The notes beneath the pieces were generated by a model that did not search any database, was not told where the DNA came from, and saw only the letters and a program-made list of their open reading frames with translations. A DNA stretch of 24,000 nucleotides from an uncultured Desulfomicrobiaceae bacterium. Its GTDB lineage: Bacteria; Desulfobacterota; Desulfovibrionia; Desulfovibrionales; Desulfomicrobiaceae. This document shows, in pieces, positions 1-8,271 of the stretch (the first letter of the stretch is position 1; each line of letters opens with the position of its first letter). A program made the position numbers and the translations under genes. The stretch is from assembly GCA_937989665.1 (NCBI GenBank), contig CALKRN010000002.1:29800-53799 (forward strand). The letters run 5' to 3'.

Positions 1-387
1 GGCCATGATGGCATTGGCGTGGGCCAAGAGGGCATCGCCGGCGAGGATGGCGGAAGTAAGGCCAAAGACGGTATGGGCTGCTGGGCGTCCGCGGCGGGTG
101 GCGGCGTTGTCGAGGATATCGTCGTGGATGAGGGTGGCCGAATGGAGGAATTCGAGGGCCACGGCGGTGGTATAGAGGCCATTGGTGGCGCTGCTGCCCA
201 GGGCGCGGGCAGTGAGGATGGTGAGCATCGGGCGCAGTCGCTTGCCGCCGGCCTCGAGCACGTGGCGGGCCACGGGTTGGATGGGAGGCGGCAGTTGGGC
301 GATTTCCTCTTGCAAGGCGGCTTCGATGGTAGGGAGTTCTATGTGGAAGGCGCGTTTAAGGTCGGCGATGGAGTTACAATTGTTCAT
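1..387 (-). CDS. polyprenyl diphosphate synthase (trans-isoprenyl synthase family), N-terminal 129 codons; the rest lies beyond the window start
   Basis: Absent from the ORF track because it runs off the window. My reverse-complement translation from the ATG at 387..385 reads MNNCNSIADLKRAF...GGKRLRPMLTILTARALG...ALEFLHSATLIHDDILDNAATRRGRPAAHTVFG...LAGDALLA. This contains the first Asp-rich motif (DDxxD...RRG) typical of polyprenyl synthetases. ATGA start/stop overlap with the upstream mqnD-like gene at 384-387. Confidence 0.85.
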   Translation of the reverse strand, partial: MNNCNSIADLKRAFHIELPTIEAALQEEIAQLPPPIQPVARHVLEAGGKRLRPMLTILTARALGSSATNGLYTTAVALEFLHSATLIHDDILDNAATRRGRPAAHTVFGLTSAILAGDALLAHANAIMA

Positions 388-1154
388 GGGGCTCCCAATT
401 GCCTCAGGAGCGCGAGGGCGGTTTCTCCCTCTGGGCCCATATGGAGGCTATAGTCGTTGGCGTAGGCCGTAATATGGTGGGCCAAAGTGGGGGCGTCAAG
501 CTCTTGGGCAAAGCTGTGCACCAGTGGCAGCACGGCTTGAGGATGGCTGCGGGCATACTGGAGGCTGGTACGGATGGTGTTGACCACTGCGGTTTGGATC
601 GTGTCCGGGATATGGGCCTGCATGACGATGACCCCCAAGGGGAGGGGAAGACCGCTGGAGTACTCCTGCCACCAGGCCCCCAAATCAAGGAGGAGGTGTA
701 GACCGAGGCGCTCGTGCAGGAGGGCGGTTTCGTGGATGAGGAGCCCGGCGTCCACAGCCCCGCTGCGCACGAGGTCTGGGATGGCAGAAAAGAGGGTCGG
801 TATGGCCTCAAAGGAGGGGCCAAGGGCCGCACGTAGGAGGCGGTAGGCCGTGGTATCGAGCCCTGGCACGGCGATGCGCGCCGTTTTTTCAAGCTGGGGG
901 GTGCGGGCGACCAGTTTGGGCCCGTGGTTCAGACCAAAGGCCCCCCCACAGGGTAGGATGGTCCTGCCAGAGAGCTGCAAGGCTGCCGCTGCACTTACCT
1001 TGACGACGTCATAGGAGCCTGCTGCGGCGCGTTCGTTGAGTTCTTGGACATCGTGCCAAAAAAAGCGGCAGGGTTGGGGGCTTGGGACCAAACCGAGGAC
1101 CCAGGCGCCAAAGACCCACGTGTCATTCGGGCAGGGAGAGATGGCGACGTTCAT
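384..1154 (-). CDS. mqnD: 1,4-dihydroxy-6-naphthoate synthase (futalosine-pathway menaquinone biosynthesis, MqnD-like, VitK2_biosynth fold)
   Basis: 256-aa ORF. The N-terminus MNVAISPCPNDTWVFGAW matches the SPCPND signature I associate with MqnD rather than MqnA. It is flanked by mqnB and a polyprenyl synthase. ATGA overlaps at both ends. Confidence 0.8.
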   Translation of the reverse strand: MNVAISPCPNDTWVFGAWVLGLVPSPQPCRFFWHDVQELNERAAAGSYDVVKVSAAAALQLSGRTILPCGGAFGLNHGPKLVARTPQLEKTARIAVPGLDTTAYRLLRAALGPSFEAIPTLFSAIPDLVRSGAVDAGLLIHETALLHERLGLHLLLDLGAWWQEYSSGLPLPLGVIVMQAHIPDTIQTAVVNTIRTSLQYARSHPQAVLPLVHSFAQELDAPTLAHHITAYANDYSLHMGPEGETALALLRQLGAP

Positions 1155-1788
1155 GCCCTGTCTCCTAAAAGGAGTTGTGCAGCTTGAGAGAGCGCCTCAA
1201 GGGCCAGAGGGATATTCCAGCGGTCCTTGTCGCGTTCACCCACGGCATTGGCGATGGTCCGGATTTCTAGGCAGGGGACGCCAGCAAGGTGCGCAGCGAA
1301 GGCAACACCAAAGCCTTCCATGGATTCAATGAGGGCCTGGAAGCGGTAGTGGTATGCCGAGGCCAGCGCCGTATCGCCAGTCACCCCCGCCACCGTGAGT
1401 GCCGGTCCCCAGACCCAGGAAGGATCCAGCGCCAGGCCCATGGCATCTGCGGCAGCGGTTGGGTCAAGGGGTAAGGAGGGGCGTGGCAGACGGGGGTGCA
1501 TGGGGAAGGTCAAGGGGGTGATTGTTCCGTCGTTGCGGCGCACGCCATATTCTGGCCAGGTTTCGTGGGTGGCCACGACAACACCTCCCAGGGGTGCGGC
1601 TGCCAGGTCAAAGCTTCCGGCAATTCCCAAATGAACGACACCTCGAAATTCGCCCTGAGCCAAGGCCATGGCCGTGGTGGCCGCTGCTGCCACTGGCCCA
1701 ACGCCGGTACACACGGGGTGTGAGTCGGACCATGGGCCGTGGCGCACAACGGCGTTGAGCTCCGCAGATGTCGGGCAGGCAAGAAGGA

Positions 1789-1801
<13 letters not shown>
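1151..1801 (-). CDS. mqnB: futalosine hydrolase (PNP/MTAN-type nucleosidase, MqnB-like)
   Basis: 216-aa ORF with nucleosidase-fold motifs (CTGVGPVAAA, HLGIAGSF, ESMEGFGVAFAA...EIRTIANAVGERD). The track start at 1801 is a TTG. A GTG at 1792 would make a GTGA overlap with the upstream stop and give MILLACPTSAEL, so the true start may be 1792. Confidence 0.8.
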
Positions 1802-3099
<1,298 letters not shown>

Positions 3100-3154
3100 A
3101 GCTGCTCCTTGGGATGACTCGACAGGGCCAAAGGGTTCGTGGCATGTTCTTGTT

Positions 3155-3364
3155 ATGCCGTTTGATGGTTCCTCTTTTTTGGTGGCCTTGGGATTGGCCA
3201 TTATCCTGGAAGCTATTCCGTACTTCTTGTTTGCGGAAAAGATGCCCCAGTACTTTCGCTCCCTTGCCCAATTGCCGCCGCCGGTCCTGCGCCTTTTGGC
3301 GGCAGTTGGCCTTGCGCTTGGGATGGTGTTGGTGGCCGTGGGTCGGAGCGGAGGTCATGGCTAG
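3155..3364 (+). CDS. small membrane protein, DUF2065-like
   Basis: 69-aa ORF with two hydrophobic helices (FLVALGLAIILEAIPYFLF ... LRLLAAVGLALGMVLVAVG) separated by a basic/polar linker. This matches my memory of the DUF2065 pattern. No clear SD sequence upstream. Confidence 0.65.
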   Translation: MPFDGSSFLVALGLAIILEAIPYFLFAEKMPQYFRSLAQLPPPVLRLLAAVGLALGMVLVAVGRSGGHG

Positions 3365-4050
3365 GGGCGTTGGGCTTCGTGGAGAAAGACGATGCCAGAG
3401 GTCATGGCGGTCCAGCGGACATCGCTGAAGCCTGCGCTGCGGAGTTCCTCGGCCAAGGCCTCTTCGTCGGGAAAGGCGGCAATGGTCTCGGCGAGGTAGC
3501 GGTAGGCCTCGGGGTCCCGGGAGAGGAGGCGTCCGATGCCAGGCAGCACCTGGTGGAGATACCAGTTGTAGAGCCCCCCCCAGATGCGGCGCTGACCCGT
3601 GCCAAACTCGAGGATGGCAAGCCGGCCTCCAGGGCGCAGCACACGCACGATTTCCGCATAGGCATCGCTGCGTGGGTGGATGTTGCGGATACCAAAGGCA
3701 ATCGTCACGGCGTCGGCACAGGCATCGGGCAAGGGCAGGCGCCGCGCATCCGCCTGCACCGGCCAGATGGCTCGGCCTTGGCGTTTGGCCGCGCCGCGCA
3801 CGAGCATGGGGCGGCAAAAATCAACGGCCACGACGCAGGCCTCAGGGTGCTGGCGGCAAACCGCCCTGCTGACGTCGAGGGTGCCGGCAGCGAGGTCCAC
3901 GACCGTCTTTGGGCCTTGCGGAAGGCAGTGGACCATCTGGCGCCGCCAGCGTTGGTCCAGACCAAGGCTGAGCACTCGGTTGAGGAGGTCGTAGCAGCGG
4001 GCAATGGTGCCAAAAAGACCAGCGACTCGGTGGGCGTGGAGATCAGGCAT
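3361..4050 (-). CDS. ubiE: demethylmenaquinone/ubiquinone C-methyltransferase (UbiE/MenG family)
   Basis: The ORF track gives 3361..4161. I trim to the ATG at 4050 (MPDLHAHRVAGLFGTIARCYDLLNRVLSLGLDQRWRR), which is the usual UbiE N-terminus. The SAM-binding motif VVDLAAGT is present. Its stop overlaps the stop of the convergent DUF2065 gene (CTAG at 3361-3364). Confidence 0.85.
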   Translation of the reverse strand: MPDLHAHRVAGLFGTIARCYDLLNRVLSLGLDQRWRRQMVHCLPQGPKTVVDLAAGTLDVSRAVCRQHPEACVVAVDFCRPMLVRGAAKRQGRAIWPVQADARRLPLPDACADAVTIAFGIRNIHPRSDAYAEIVRVLRPGGRLAILEFGTGQRRIWGGLYNWYLHQVLPGIGRLLSRDPEAYRYLAETIAAFPDEEALAEELRSAGFSDVRWTAMTSGIVFLHEAQRP

Positions 4051-4231
4051 CCGGAGTTTCTCTGCCGGCGGTTTGGTCTTTGGCGCGCAGAAGGACGCGC
4101 AGGACTTCATCATGGACGAGGGCAAAGTGCTCGGCGAAATTGGCTGGCGAGATGCGGCCAACTTCGATGAACTTGATGATCACCTCTTTGGCGACTTGCA
4201 GGGCCTGTTTGCGTTCATTGTCCATGGACAT
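4043..4231 (-). CDS. small hypothetical protein (about 60 aa), translationally coupled to ubiE
   Basis: ORF track 4043..4249 (TTG start). AAGGAG at 4240..4235 sits just before ATGs at 4231 and 4225 (MSMDNERKQALQVAKEVIIKFIEVGR...). The 3' end overlaps the ubiE start by 8 nt. I recognise no family. Confidence 0.5.
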   Translation of the reverse strand: MSMDNERKQALQVAKEVIIKFIEVGRISPANFAEHFALVHDEVLRVLLRAKDQTAGRETPDA

Positions 4232-4250
4232 GATCTCCTTTGGGCTCAAA

Positions 4251-4347
4251 GAAAAACCGCCCGGGGGGAATGGTCGTGACCTGCTTTGGGGAGTCCGGGC
4301 GGTAAAAACCGAGAAGAAAAACCGCTCAGGCCCTCCCCCTCGGTTTT
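4251..4347 (-). terminator. two putative intrinsic terminator hairpins downstream of the acidic-protein gene
   Basis: Read on the minus strand: CCGAG...CTCGG followed by TTTTT (plus coordinates 4305-4347), and CCGCCCGG...CCGGGCGG followed by TTTTTCTTT (plus coordinates 4251-4302). The stems are perfect (9 bp including A/T flanks, and 8 bp). The loops are large (25-30 nt), so confidence is limited. Confidence 0.4.
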
Positions 4348-4357
4348 TGAAAGAGGA

Positions 4358-5599
4358 TTATTGGCCATTTTCGGCCAGCATCTGGGCCAACTCTTCACGG
4401 ATGGCCCGGGCCGCTACCCGTGGGGCGGCCTCCTCTACGACGCTCTGCAGGCGGGCCTCGATGTTCGCGTCCATGGCCTCCAGCTGATTTGTCACGGCGT
4501 CAAGTCGGGCGGTGATGGCCGTCAGCTGGGCGTCACGGGCGGCGAGTTGTTGCTTGAGGGCCACCATTTCTGCGTCTTTGGCAGCGATGAGGGCTCGCAG
4601 GGCCTCCATTTCTGCAGTTTGGGCCGCCATGGCCTCGCGCAGGGCTGCTGCCTCTTGGAGAAAGATGCCCCCGGCACCAGAGGCTGTCGCGCTAGAGGCC
4701 GCCTTTGGGGCATCCCATTGGGTAGCCAGGGCCTGGATGCGGTCCGCTTGAGCGGCCAACGCCTCCCGGATGGAGGCGAGTTCTTCGGGAGAGACCGCGG
4801 GGGAGTGTGGTCCCCCACCTGCACCCAATTCTTGGCGCAGGTCCTCCGTTGCCGTGCGTAGGTGGTCGGTGAGTTCCGTTAGGAGGTCGTGGCGGATCCC
4901 TTCGAGGGCCTCCTGAAGGCGGCTGTGGATGTGGGAGGTCACCTGTTCCATGAGGGCGGGGGAAAAGGGCAGGGACTCGGGGTCTTGGGGCAAGGAGGCG
5001 GTGGCTGGCACCACAAGGGGCGTGGCGAGGAGTTCGTCCAGCTCTTGGGGGGCCGGGCTGACCTGCGGCGCGGTGGCTTTGGTCGGAGTAGGTTCGGCCA
5101 TGGCAGTGAGGTCGGGCTCAGCGAGGAGTTCTGCCGCGAAGGCAGTGGGGGGCGCATCGTTGCCGAGGTCAGGTTCAGTGAGAAGATCGGCCTCATCTGG
5201 GGTGGTGCGCTCTTCGGCAAAGCTTGCCTCGGAAGGAAGGCTATCCGCCCCTGGGCCAGGGCTTGCCAAGGAAGCAGTTTCCGGCTCCAGAGGGGCGTTG
5301 GCAAAGATATCGAGGGAGTCGTCGGCACTGGGGGTGTCTGCCGGTGGCACGAAGGAGGGCGGCTCTTTGGCCAAGACCTCGGTGGCCGTCGGTTCTGCAG
5401 TGGGCACACTCTCCGGTGGGGCGGTGAACTCGGTGAGCGGGTCGAGCTCGGGCGAGATGTCTTCGAGGAGGGCATCGAGCTCATCGTCTAGGTTTTTGGG
5501 GTCAACGGCGTGTTCTGCCGGAAAGTCCCCCAAATTTGAGGTAATCGGCGCCCCTTCTTCTACGATATCCGTCAGTTCGATAATTTCGTCGTTGTGCAT
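4358..5599 (-). CDS. acidic, proline-rich low-complexity protein with a C-terminal Ala/Gln-rich coiled coil (hypothetical)
   Basis: ORF track 4358..5641. The ATG at 5599 (MHNDEIIELTDIVEEG...) is preceded by GAGGGG. Alternatively, the TTG at 5641 is preceded by a perfect GGAGGA 6 nt upstream. The composition is heavily D/E/P/A/T. The last ~110 aa are heptad-like (AAKDAEMVALKQQLAARDAQLTAITARLDAVTNQLEAMDANIEARL). Confidence 0.7.
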   Translation of the reverse strand: MHNDEIIELTDIVEEGAPITSNLGDFPAEHAVDPKNLDDELDALLEDISPELDPLTEFTAPPESVPTAEPTATEVLAKEPPSFVPPADTPSADDSLDIFANAPLEPETASLASPGPGADSLPSEASFAEERTTPDEADLLTEPDLGNDAPPTAFAAELLAEPDLTAMAEPTPTKATAPQVSPAPQELDELLATPLVVPATASLPQDPESLPFSPALMEQVTSHIHSRLQEALEGIRHDLLTELTDHLRTATEDLRQELGAGGGPHSPAVSPEELASIREALAAQADRIQALATQWDAPKAASSATASGAGGIFLQEAAALREAMAAQTAEMEALRALIAAKDAEMVALKQQLAARDAQLTAITARLDAVTNQLEAMDANIEARLQSVVEEAAPRVAARAIREELAQMLAENGQ

Positions 5600-5670
5600 A
5601 ATTCCCCTCTTCTCCTGCCAGCGTGTCGGCCGTAGCCACAAATCGTTCCTCCTCTAGCGCAGCGAGCGGT

Positions 5671-5704
5671 AAAAAAAAAGCCCCATCCGCTGGGGCAGAT
5701 GGGG
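5671..5704 (-). terminator. intrinsic terminator, distal copy of a duplicated element
   Basis: Minus-strand reading is CCCCATCTGCCCCAGCGGATGGGG followed by C and T9. The stem is 7 bp (CCCCATC/GATGGGG). The 24-nt hairpin is identical to the copy at 5754-5777. Confidence 0.7.
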
Positions 5705-5744
5705 AGGCCGCAGATGGCTGGGGCCTCGAACATATTGACCGCCC

Positions 5745-5777
5745 AAAAAAAAACCCCATCCGCTGGGGCAGATGGGG
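5745..5777 (-). terminator. intrinsic terminator, proximal copy, 56 nt downstream of the cytochrome c3 stop
   Basis: Minus-strand reading is CCCCATCTGCCCCAGCGGATGGGG followed immediately by T9. This is the correct orientation and position to terminate the cytochrome c3 transcript. Confidence 0.75.
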
Positions 5778-5833
5778 GCACCAAGGTCCTTTGGCCATGC
5801 TTATGCTGCTTGCGATATCCCGCTTAAGGCTCC

Positions 5834-6250
5834 TTACTTCATGTGGCACTTGTTGCAAGCCGTGGGGCCAGTGGGCTTGTTTTCCGCCTTCAGCTTCTTG
5901 TGGCAATCCATGCACTGGTTGTGGAATGCATTTTCCACCAGCTTGATGTCTTTGGCATTTTCCGGGCCTTTGGCTTCCTTGGAGTCATGGCAGCCAGCGC
6001 TGGTGCACTTTTTGATGGCGCCATCTTTTTCCATGGTGTGATGGCACACTTTGCACTCCACGGCCGCGTGCTTCGAGTGCGCAAAAGGCACGGCCTTCTG
6101 CAAGGGCTTGCCTTCTTTGGTCTTCATGCCTTCCGGAGCCTTGATGACATAGTCATCGCCCGGAGCCTTGGCCGTGGCCGACAGCAGGGGAGCCGTCCCC
6201 AGGGCCAAGAGTACGATACAGAACAGACTCACGATCATTGATTTTTTCAT
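5834..6250 (-). CDS. cycA: periplasmic tetraheme cytochrome c3 (type I)
   Basis: 138-aa ORF with a signal peptide ([25 protein letters not shown]). Four heme-binding sites are present in the classic c3 pattern: CKVCH, CTSAGCH (CxxxxCH), CMDCH and CNKCH, plus distal His residues (FAHSKH). GGAGG RBS upstream. Confidence 0.95.
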   Translation of the reverse strand: MKKSMIVSLFCIVLLALGTAPLLSATAKAPGDDYVIKAPEGMKTKEGKPLQKAVPFAHSKHAAVECKVCHHTMEKDGAIKKCTSAGCHDSKEAKGPENAKDIKLVENAFHNQCMDCHKKLKAENKPTGPTACNKCHMK

Positions 6251-6325
6251 TGTCCTCTACCTCCACAAGAAAAACGTTGGTTCAACGCACAAGCAGGCCA
6301 TGTATAGGGGAAGGGTCTTGGTTTT

Positions 6326-7603
6326 TTAGGGTTGGTTGGGGTTGAAGGCTGCAGTTGCTTGGAGGATGTGTTCCATATCTTCCTCCGTATGTGCAAAAGA
6401 AAGAAAGGCGCATTCATATCCTGATGGGGCAAGAAAGACGCCTTGCTGGCGCATATGGCGGAAGAAGCGGCTATAGATGGCGGTGTCCATGGTTTGGGCA
6501 GAAGGAAAATCCGTGACGGGGGTATCGGTAAAGAAGATCGTAAACATCGATGCCATGCTGTTGCAGTAGACCGACAGCCCCTTGCGTTTGAGGGTCTCGG
6601 TCATTTTTGTGGCAAGGGTTTGGGTGCGGCGGGCGAGGGCGTCGTAATCCTGCTGGGCGAGCAGACGCAGCGTGGCGAGGCCCGCGGCCATGGCCACGGG
6701 ATTTCCCGATAGGGTGCCGGCCTGATAGACTGGCCCTTGCGGAGCGATGGATTCCATTATTTCGCGCCGGCCACCGTACGCTCCCACCGGGAGCCCGCCG
6801 CCAATGATCTTGCCTAGACAGGTCAGATCCGGGGTGATGCCGAACGTCGCTTGCGCCCCGCCGTACGCCAGGCGAAACCCGGTAATGACCTCGTCAAAGA
6901 CGAGGAGAGCCCCGTGCTTGGTGCAGAGTTCCCGGAGGGTCTCGAGAAATCCGGGCTTGGGGGGTACGAGCCCCATGTTACCGGCCACAGGCTCCACGAA
7001 CACACAGGCAATGTCCTGGCCGTGTTCGGTAAAAAGGGTAGCAACAGCGTCGGTGTCATTGTAGTGGGCAAGGAGGGTGTGCTGGACAACGGCAGCCGGG
7101 ACACCCGGTGTCCCGGGGATGGCGCACGTGGCCACCCCAGAGCCAGCGCTGGCAAGAAAGGCATCTGCGTGACCATGGTAGCCGCCGTGGAACTTGAGGA
7201 CGAGGTCGCGGCCTGTGAAGCCCCGGGCCAGACGGAGCGCGCTCATGGTGGCCTCAGTGCCAGAGGAAACCATGCGCACCATCTCTATCCCGGGCATGGC
7301 CGCCACAATGGCTTCGGCGAGCTCCACCTCCAGGCGACAGGGAGCGCCATAGCTCGTCCCTCGGCGCACGGCGTCGATGATCGCTCGTTCCACCTCGGGA
7401 TGGGCATGGCCGAGGAGCATGGGCCCCCAGGACATGACGAGGTCCACGAGTTCCTCACCGTCTTCAGTGGTAATGCGGCTGCCTTTGGCTTGGGCAATAA
7501 ACAGCGGTGCAGCACCGACACTTTTGCAAGCCCGCACCGGGCTGTTTACCCCGCCGGGAATAAGCTGGCAGGCGCGCTGATAGAGGGATTCCGATATCTG
7601 CAT
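6326..7603 (-). CDS. hemL: glutamate-1-semialdehyde 2,1-aminomutase
   Basis: ORF track 6326..7621. I trim to the ATG at 7603 ([25 protein letters not shown]), which has AAGGAG upstream. The sequence is HemL-like throughout, including [12 protein letters not shown] and GKIIGGGLP (PLP lysine region). Confidence 0.95.
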   Translation of the reverse strand: MQISESLYQRACQLIPGGVNSPVRACKSVGAAPLFIAQAKGSRITTEDGEELVDLVMSWGPMLLGHAHPEVERAIIDAVRRGTSYGAPCRLEVELAEAIVAAMPGIEMVRMVSSGTEATMSALRLARGFTGRDLVLKFHGGYHGHADAFLASAGSGVATCAIPGTPGVPAAVVQHTLLAHYNDTDAVATLFTEHGQDIACVFVEPVAGNMGLVPPKPGFLETLRELCTKHGALLVFDEVITGFRLAYGGAQATFGITPDLTCLGKIIGGGLPVGAYGGRREIMESIAPQGPVYQAGTLSGNPVAMAAGLATLRLLAQQDYDALARRTQTLATKMTETLKRKGLSVYCNSMASMFTIFFTDTPVTDFPSAQTMDTAIYSRFFRHMRQQGVFLAPSGYECAFLSFAHTEEDMEHILQATAAFNPNQP

Positions 7604-7620
7604 GCGAACTCCTTGGTGCA

Positions 7621-8091
7621 CTAGAAATATTCCATGGAGGTCTTTTTGAGTTCTTTGTTGCTAAACAAAATATCGTATTGTTCGACGCCGGTGCGCTCTT
7701 GAATGCGCTGGACGACTGCCAGGCACTCTTCTTGGGTGCGGCCATGGATCATCGTATAGAGGCTATAGGGCCAATCGAGACAGTTGCGGCGCAAATAGCA
7801 ATGGGAGACTTCGGGTTGGGCCGCCATGACATGGCCAATGGCATCTTCATCCATGCCTTCTTCCACATACCAGGCCACCATGGCATTGAAGCCATAGCCG
7901 GCGTGCTGGTGGCGCAAGGTGGCGCCAAAGCGCCGGATTTGGCCTCCGGCCTTGAGGCGGCCAAGGAGGTCCAAGACTTCGTCCTCTGTAACGCCGGCTT
8001 CTCGGGCGATGTCGGCATAGGGGGTAGCGCTATCGGGAAGGGAACCTTGCACGAGGCGGAGGATGCGGCGTTCCCTGTCGGTTAATTCCAT
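7621..8091 (-). CDS. ahbB: siroheme decarboxylase subunit (AsnC/Lrp-like NirD/L/G/H family; alternative heme biosynthesis AhbA/AhbB)
   Basis: 156-aa ORF. It has an N-terminal wHTH ([55 protein letters not shown]) and a C-terminal domain with NAMVAW...VSHCYLR...YSLYTMIHG. Adjacency to hemL matches the ahbB arrangement I recall for Desulfovibrio vulgaris. The A versus B subunit assignment is from memory. Confidence 0.75.
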   Translation of the reverse strand: MELTDRERRILRLVQGSLPDSATPYADIAREAGVTEDEVLDLLGRLKAGGQIRRFGATLRHQHAGYGFNAMVAWYVEEGMDEDAIGHVMAAQPEVSHCYLRRNCLDWPYSLYTMIHGRTQEECLAVVQRIQERTGVEQYDILFSNKELKKTSMEYF

Positions 8092-8146
8092 CGGTTATCC
8101 TTGGATGGTGTTGGGTTTCGATGGCGGGCCTGTAGTCCCTTTGCCC

Positions 8147-8224
8147 TAGACCTGCAAGGGGGGAGGGGCGGGAGCGGTCGTTTCTGGTAGTCTCTAGACA
8201 GGCTGGGGATAGACAGGCTGGGGA
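8147..8224. promoter_or_regulatory. divergent ahbB/gpsA control region with a perfect 15-bp tandem direct repeat plus one degenerate upstream copy
   Basis: TAGACAGGCTGGGGA occurs at 8195-8209 and again, immediately adjacent, at 8210-8224. A related TAGACCTGCAAGGGGGGA starts at 8147. The repeats lie 48 nt upstream of the gpsA ATG. The repeat itself is certain; a regulatory role is inferred. Confidence 0.5.
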
Positions 8225-8271
8225 GGAGGGCACTAGCTGGATGGCCAAGAAAATGACACCAGGAGGTCGGC

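Noticed and set aside
3100-3201. N-terminal extensions suggested by the ORF track for the sugar dehydrogenase (3100-3201), ubiE (4051-4161) and hemL (7604-7621).
   Set aside because: Internal ATGs with good SD sequences coincide with the canonical N-termini of these families. The extensions would overlap neighbouring genes or promoters.
3370-4170. A 266-aa plus-strand ORF mirroring ubiE almost exactly. Similar long antisense ORFs occur at 8233-9189 (vs gpsA), 12925-14112 (vs argJ), 16285-17070 (vs ppiD), 18901-19581 and 19010-19900 (vs aconitase), 20999-21616, 21727-22401 and 22450-23337.
   Set aside because: Each lies opposite a gene with clear family motifs. The translations are Gly/Arg/Ala/Pro-rich low-complexity sequence typical of stop-poor antisense frames in high-GC DNA. 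None has an RBS or a recognisable domain.
8156-8230. G-run-rich plus strand (GGGGGGAGGGGCGGG...GGGG...GGGG...GGG) as a G-quadruplex.
   Set aside because: The runs are partly explained by the 15-bp direct repeats. Four suitably spaced G3 tracts within one short span are not clearly present, so the case is too weak without computation.
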